Origin: Zygophlyctis sp. KS116
Taxonomy: Eukaryota; Fungi; Chytridiomycota
Direction of reading: 5' to 3'
NCBI GenBank assembly: GCA_054661495.1
Contig: BAAFSQ010000266.1
Span: forward strand, 1 to 13,701
DNA length: 13,701 nucleotides
A program made the translations under genes and the position numbers. Positions 8,363 through 13,701 of the stretch are shown here, in pieces; the first letter of the stretch is position 1, and each line of letters opens with the position of its first letter. Below the pieces are notes generated by a model that searched no databases, was not told where the DNA came from, and saw only the letters and a program-made list of their open reading frames with translations.

Positions 8363-9029
8363 ATGAGATCATTCTATCATATGTTACAATTACTAGCCTT
8401 TGCTTCCATTGCATCTGCCCAAACGGCCTGTGGAAATGATTTAGGATGCCTTTCTAAGCTGTCCCAGTATGTGGTTTTGGGGACTGTGGTTTCAAATACT
8501 CTAAATGTTTCTACCAGAGCAAACTATAACGCAACTATTGCAGTTAAATGTGCTTTTATTAGCTTTACTAGAGAAGGTCCTGATCGTGGAGAGAATCTTG
8601 TTGGAAATACCATTAATGTTTCCAAATTTGGAGGCGGAAGTGGATGTCCGGGTGGATTTACCGATGCAATCGTAAACTCTACTCAAATTTTTTTCATCCA
8701 TGTCAGGTACTTTTTCAAGTTTAATGCTTTATAGTAATTATAGACCTGCATTAGGTGTAAAATTAGATTATACTGTTGTGGACATTTGTGTGGGAGGAGT
8801 TATAGCTACTAGCGAATCTCTAAATACGATTGGTCAATTGATGTCTGAGTATCCAGAAAATGTTATTGATAGTAGATTCCGAGGAAATGATCCAGAATGT
8901 CGATTATCAAATTATATTCCAAATCCGAAACCAACAAATAAAGTCGATGATCCCGTAGCTGATGGAGCTGCAAGTTTCCCATGGGCAATCGTGACTGTGG
9001 TCTTTATATTTGCAATCGCTCTTTTATAA
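8363..9029 (+). CDS. Secreted, probably GPI-anchored NtA/TIMP-like OB-fold protein, paralog B; join(8363..8706,8735..9029), 212 aa
   Basis: Clear paralog of 7635-8303 (ACGND.CLSKLSQYVV.GTV, GPDRG.NL.GN, KFGG, STQIFFI, VVDIC.GG, LMSEY, RGNDP.C). 28-nt intron 8707-8734. Start could alternatively be ATG 8381. Confidence 0.85.
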
Positions 9030-9177
9030 GAATTTATCAAGCGAAATATAAAGAGTTTGTTGGGATTAAGAGATTTTCTCCGTTTAAGACTTTCAGGATT
9101 CGTGAGTTAAAGGAAATTGAAAGTTTCGGACATTCAAACTTTCGTCATTCAAAAGTTAAAATTCCCGATAGAATCTA

Positions 9178-11583
9178 ATGAGCTGTTTGGTATTTTCCAG
9201 TGTATTAATATTAGCATTATCTAGTTCCAGATCTTGTGAGTGATGGTAGATCTAAAGCTGAATTGGTGACGCATAATTCTGAGAAGCAGGATTATTTTCA
9301 AGAGTTATCTAATTTAGCAATCGAGTTGGGATATTCCCCAGTCATACATAAACTAGTAATAAGTAATACGCAAAAAGTTATTGATTCAATACCTGATGGA
9401 GAATTAATTATGAATGTTTGTGATGGTTCGGACATTGATGGGGTACCTGTACTTTATTTTATAAATTTATAATTTCTAGGGACCTTCTGTTGGTAATCAT
9501 TTGGAGTTATAAATCTTTAGCAAAGTACTTGGAAGATAAAGGAAGGCCGTTTGTGATTGGTTGTGACTCTGAATTTATCCTAAATACCACCACAAAAAAT
9601 GGAATGAAGGAGATATTTAAGCAGTATCATGTATCAACTCCACTTGGTTTTGCAGTAGCTTCTGATACAGACATTATAGCAATGGTAGAAAAATATGCAA
9701 TGATGTATCCATTGTTTGTAAAGGTCTCAGATTCATGTAATAATAAACCACTTAACAATAGATGGCTCAGTTGGAATAGATGATTCTTCAGTTTGTCATA
9801 ATGAAGAACAATTATTGAAAAAATGTTCTGCATTATTGACAGAATTTCCAAACCTTACTGTTGAAGAGTTTATTGATGGGCAAGAGTATTCCGTTTTAGT
9901 TTCTGGAAATAGTCGTGATCTGGATCATCCTGTAATTGTATATCCACCTGCAGGTATTCACAATTAATATTTTAAAGTTAGAGCGAGCTTTCAGCCAAAG
10001 TTTAGGACAATTTCAGAAATTTGTGTCTTTTGATAGAAATTGGGACGAAACGCTTTTAGCGCATTCTTACGAAAAAGTTGATGATTCTAATGACTCCATC
10101 GCTCTTCAAGATCTTGCTAGAAGAGCATATATATCTGTTTCAGGAAACTGTTATGGAAGAGTTGATATTAGAAAACGGGATGTTTCAGGTATTTCTAAAA
10201 TTTAAAAAATCAGGGAAATTTTATGTTTTGGAAGTTAATGCAAGTTGTGGTCTGGGAAAAGGAACATCATCTGAATATATTCTTAAATTGGCTGGCCAAA
10301 CTACCCGAGACTTTTTCAAAATTTTAGTAAGTAACTATGCTGCTCCACCTGTTGCAGTTAATGAGATGCAAAGTCTGGTGCCATCTGAAGTGAAAGAAAC
10401 GGTTTCAAAGCTAATTACAAATCCTACTTTAGCCACAGTCCCTACTCCTGTAGTTCATGTAATTGTCTCTGCCGTTTTAGTTGATGCAAAATCTTCGCTA
10501 GTTCCAGACCCAGAGGGAAAATTGTCTGAAGACTATGGGAAAGATGCAGAATATATATCAGAACTTGAGGCTATTTTTAGAAAAATCGGGCTTGATCCCA
10601 TTGTTCATTTGTACCCGGTTGATCCTCTTCAAGATATTCTTCTGAGTCTGAACCGATCAACCGACATTATTTTTAATGCCTGTTTAGGATCATCGGGATT
10701 CGCAGTGGCAGCCATGCTGGGGGAACTAGGTTATGATCGGACTGTTGGATTAAATGCTCAATTTTTCACACAATCAGCATCAAGGCCCATAACTCGTCAA
10801 CTTTTAAAAGCAGCAAACATTGAAACTCCATCTGCTATCACTTTAAACCTCAAGTATGATGGAAAAAAGACGATCAAGGAATTAATCAGCTCATCTAGTG
10901 GTTTGATTAGTAACCTAATGAGCGCAGAGGATATTTCTTTTCCAATCTATATTAAACCTGCAAAAGTCGTGAGACATAGGGAAGGTCAGCATTCCGGAAG
11001 AGCTATTAAAAATGAAGCACAACTAGACCAATTTCTATCAGACTTATTTATTGGTGAAGCTAATCAAAACTCTCCTTCAAAAAATGAACTTTGGATTTTA
11101 GAAGAGTTCATACTGGGGTCGGAATTCCGTGTATTGGTAGCTGGTGATGGTAGAGACTCAAACCGTGAAGTTATAGTGTTGCCTCCTACAAAATACAGCC
11201 CTCTAAAACAAAGACTGTATTCTAAAAATTCCAAAGCTAGTATTACTTCTTCGACGCAGTCATTGCTGAAAAGAAGAGAAAGTATGCAAAAAGTTGATAA
11301 TGTTTTGCTAAATGAAGAGAATGAACTATATACTCGCATGAATGATAGTGAACTAATACTTCAAATGGATATTCAAGATTTAGCACGAAGAGCATACTGT
11401 GCAGTTCATGGCAGTTGCTACGGACTGGTTCATGTTATAAACAAGGATGATGAGGGTAGACTGGTTGTCTTGGGAGTTCAAGGGGATGTTCGATTTGGGG
11501 AAAATGCAAAAGCAGGAATTGTGGTAAAAAGAGCGGGATTGACAATGATGGATTTATTTTCTTGGTTGTTACAAAGAGCATAA
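9178..11583 (+). CDS. D-Ala-D-Ala-ligase-like ATP-grasp protein with two tandem ATP-grasp modules; join(9178..9199,9225..9448,9480..9492,9521..9736,9762..9953,9982..10188,10214..11583), ~747 aa
   Basis: Spliced motifs NVCDG...PGPSVAKYLE, YPLFVK...YGSVGI, VEEFIDGQEY, YGRVDIR, FYVLEVN. The second module repeats these patterns. Introns are 25, 31, 28, 25, 28 and 25 nt. The first exon/start is the least certain part. Confidence 0.87.
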
Positions 11584-11606
11584 TTTTACTATACTTTTTC
11601 ATGAAT

Positions 11607-12585
11607 TTAAGTTCTTGGAGGCGGCGGAGGAGGTCTTATTCCACCAAAAGCTAATAAAAGTTACTAAATTAAAGTCCTACCATTCATTGGTATACTTGGT
11701 GGCCCCATAGGAGGCATCAATGGAAATCCTCCACCAGCAGCCATCATTGGAGGCCTAGAAGGCATAAACATTGGCTGCATAACATGAGGTGCAGGAATAC
11801 TAGAAGGTAGAGAAGGAGGTGGCTGTGGTGCAATCGCAATATTATGTTTCTTTGCTTGAGCAGCCAACATTCTTTCTAAAAATTCAGTTTTTTATAAATT
11901 ATATACCTGCTCCCGACCCATGTAAATCTCCTTTTCCATCTCTTTTCTGTGCATAAGAAACTTGAATTGGCTTATTTGCTAAAAATCTATTATTCATTGC
12001 TTCAATTGCCGCATCTGCAGAATCAAAACTATCATATGCAATAAACCCAAATCCTCTAGAAATACCTGAATCCAACTCTCTAGCAATCTAATTGTTAGCC
12101 ATTTTAAATTACTTTTGGAGTCTGCACAATTCTACCAAATGCAATAAATGTATCATACAACATTTTTTCGTCCACTTCTGCATCCAAATTTCCGATAAAT
12201 AGATTTGCACCAATATCTAATTCTTTCTTATCCACAGTTGCCTTATTGACTCTGATCGGCTTTCCAAACACTTTAATCATATTCAGAATCTAGTTTTTAA
12301 TTTAGAGATAACTACTCTGATTGCATAATCTGCATCTTCTTCAGTCTGAAATTCTACAAATCCATATCCCTGATGCCCTTGTGAGACTCGATCTTTTGGT
12401 AAATGCACACCAGCTAACATTAAAAACTCAAAATTACCGACTGGTCCGGCTTGTAGCATCAATTCCCATAAAAGCGATTCATTCATTCTCTCATCTAGAT
12501 TCCCAATGTAACAGGTAGCGGCCTGGTTCTTGGTCTTCTCCCGGAAATCAAAGGAATTCAATTTACTTGCGACTTCAGGATTCAT
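11607..12585 (-). CDS. SF3B4: Splicing factor 3B subunit 4 (SAP49/Hsh49); complement(join(11607..11650,11681..11875,11907..12087,12113..12289,12316..12413,12438..12585)), 280 aa
   Basis: Two RRMs: [13 protein letters not shown]...[80 protein letters not shown], then a Pro-rich tail. Five introns of 24, 26, 25, 31 and 30 nt. Confidence 0.97.
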
Positions 12586-12879
12586 TTTGTGGCCTTCACC
12601 TCAAACATTGTCCGTTTGTACAAACTTAACTATCCAAGTATTATAATTAATTTCTTAGCATACTATTTTTCATAATGATCATTGTGAAAGTCTTGATGAT
12701 GATCATTAAAATCAAGTCGGATTTCTAGATATTGGAATATAATCAGTTTTCATTCTAAAATCATCTCCAAACCAAACACGACCGCTATTCTATTAATTTA
12801 TTGTTAATCACTTTTTTCCATCATGAGCAACAAGTCTTTTTTCCATCTTGTTAAAATTCCAGAAAGGAACATCAATATT

Positions 12880-13275
12880 ATCATTCACATAAAACGACGC
12901 TGCTCAAAGCATGTAAAAGCAAGGCTGATTTCATTGTAAAAGAAGATCAGATACTAGAATGGAAATCTAGCGACTCAAACCGGACAACAAAAGAAAAACA
13001 CCCAATGAGCAATAATTTATCATCTTTTAGAAAAACATTGTAAATCTGTAAACTGCGCCGACATCAAGTGTTTGTAAAAGAGTAGTTTTCAAACTGTAAA
13101 GGTGCATGCGTATTCGTCATTAAATTGCAGTTTACAGATTGGAAGCTTATGCAAGACAATGATACTTGTCACAGGGCAATCTTGGTAAGGGATTGGTGCA
13201 GTCAAAACAATTTGGAATTTATTGAATGGCCAGCCTACAGTCCTGATATGAATCCTATAGAGAATATTTGGGCAA
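12880..13275 (+). mobile_element. Degenerate Tc1/mariner (DD34E) transposase remnant
   Basis: MQDNDTCH...LEFIEWPAYSPDMNPIENIW at 13149-13271, with D (13155) to E (13260) separated by 34 residues. Weaker frameshifted upstream traces (KTTLL/KHVKARL, EWKS) at about 12890-12970. No TIRs found; the left boundary is approximate. Confidence 0.8.
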
Positions 13276-13289
13276 TAACCATCAAGAAA

Positions 13290-13466
13290 TTTGATACAAT
13301 GTATATGACAAGTGCCATACTAAGAGATCCATTTAATCATTCTGGTCTCAAAAGGGCATTACAGTTATTTGAAAGCACTAGGGGAAAAGAATTTATATTT
13401 CATAATGCTGGAAATGATGCACATGCAACCATGAGATTATTTCTTGCACTAGTCTCCCGGACATAG
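13290..13466 (+). pseudogene. C-terminal fragment of a DEDDh exonuclease (Gfd2/YDR514C-like)
   Basis: FDT...GLKRALQLF...FHNAGNDAHATMRLFLAL matches the ExoIII HxAxxD motif. The ExoI and ExoII motifs are not seen. Confidence 0.65.
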
Positions 13467-13701
13467 TTATTTTCCCAAATAAGCCAAAATCTTTCGGGGA
13501 GGACTAAAAGGATTTCTAAATGTTTATTTAATTAAAATACCTGGAATGCATTACTTGCTTATTATCAATCCAAATTACATCTCCATCTTCCCAAGGAATA
13601 CAAACACGAATTTCCATCATCATTGATAATATATCATCCATAATCTTAGAATCAAATAGAGTTCCATCACCAAAAGTAACTGCCTTTTTAGGATCATTTC
13701 T
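13467..13701 (-). CDS. TauD/clavaminate-synthase-like Fe(II)/2-oxoglutarate dioxygenase, 3' end only; complement(join(13467..13515,13541..>13701))
   Basis: Not in the ORF track. Minus strand reads RNDPKKAVTFGDGT...IPWEDGDVIWIDNKQVMHSR|NPFSPPRKILAYLGK*, with a 25-nt GT-AG intron at 13516-13540. Confidence 0.9.

Noticed and set aside
4377-10205. Interpreting the fragmented ORFs as pseudogenes, programmed frameshifts or an alternative genetic code
   Set aside because: Every break is resolved by a GT-AG intron of 24-31 nt that restores conserved motifs.
10327-10357. Cryptic GTAAGT…CAG 31-nt intron that would truncate the ATP-grasp protein after module 1
   Set aside because: Much more GC-rich than the supported introns, lacks the TRA motif near the acceptor, and the unspliced frame is open.
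11064-12518. Small antisense ORFs (11064..11339, 12321..12518; likewise 2570..2869, 3344..3532, 3811..4044, 4238..4450, 7598..7780, 8501..8701, 9627..9851) and the overlapping same-strand ORFs 8161..8439 and 8981..9178
   Set aside because: They overlap well-supported genes, often have non-ATG starts, and show no recognisable motifs.
1-13701. Prokaryotic operon, CRISPR array or defence island
   Set aside because: Spliceosomal introns, SF3B4 and a Ras-family GTPase show a eukaryotic nuclear locus. No repeat-spacer array is present.

Overview
AT-rich, very gene-dense eukaryotic DNA in the standard genetic code. It is most likely an early-diverging (chytrid-like) fungus; this is an inference from gene content and intron size. 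The ORF track is fragmented because genes are split by tiny GT-AG introns: I reconstructed 22, all 24-31 nt. Gene order: Shewanella-like phosphatase (5' partial); secreted tandem-domain protein with an Asn-rich tail; Rap/Rsr1 GTPase; intronless Crinkler-type ubiquitin-like + PD-(D/E)xK nuclease gene (-); METTL25-family methyltransferase; AMPK/MARK/Kin1-type kinase; two tandem secreted, probably GPI-anchored proteins resembling the agrin NtA (TIMP-like OB) domain; an internally duplicated D-Ala-D-Ala-ligase-like ATP-grasp protein with one intact and one degenerate domain; SF3B4/Hsh49 (-); a Tc1 DD34E transposase relic joined to a DEDDh exonuclease fragment; and the 3' end of a TauD/clavaminate-synthase-like dioxygenase (-). 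All family calls are by motif recognition from memory; no searches were run.
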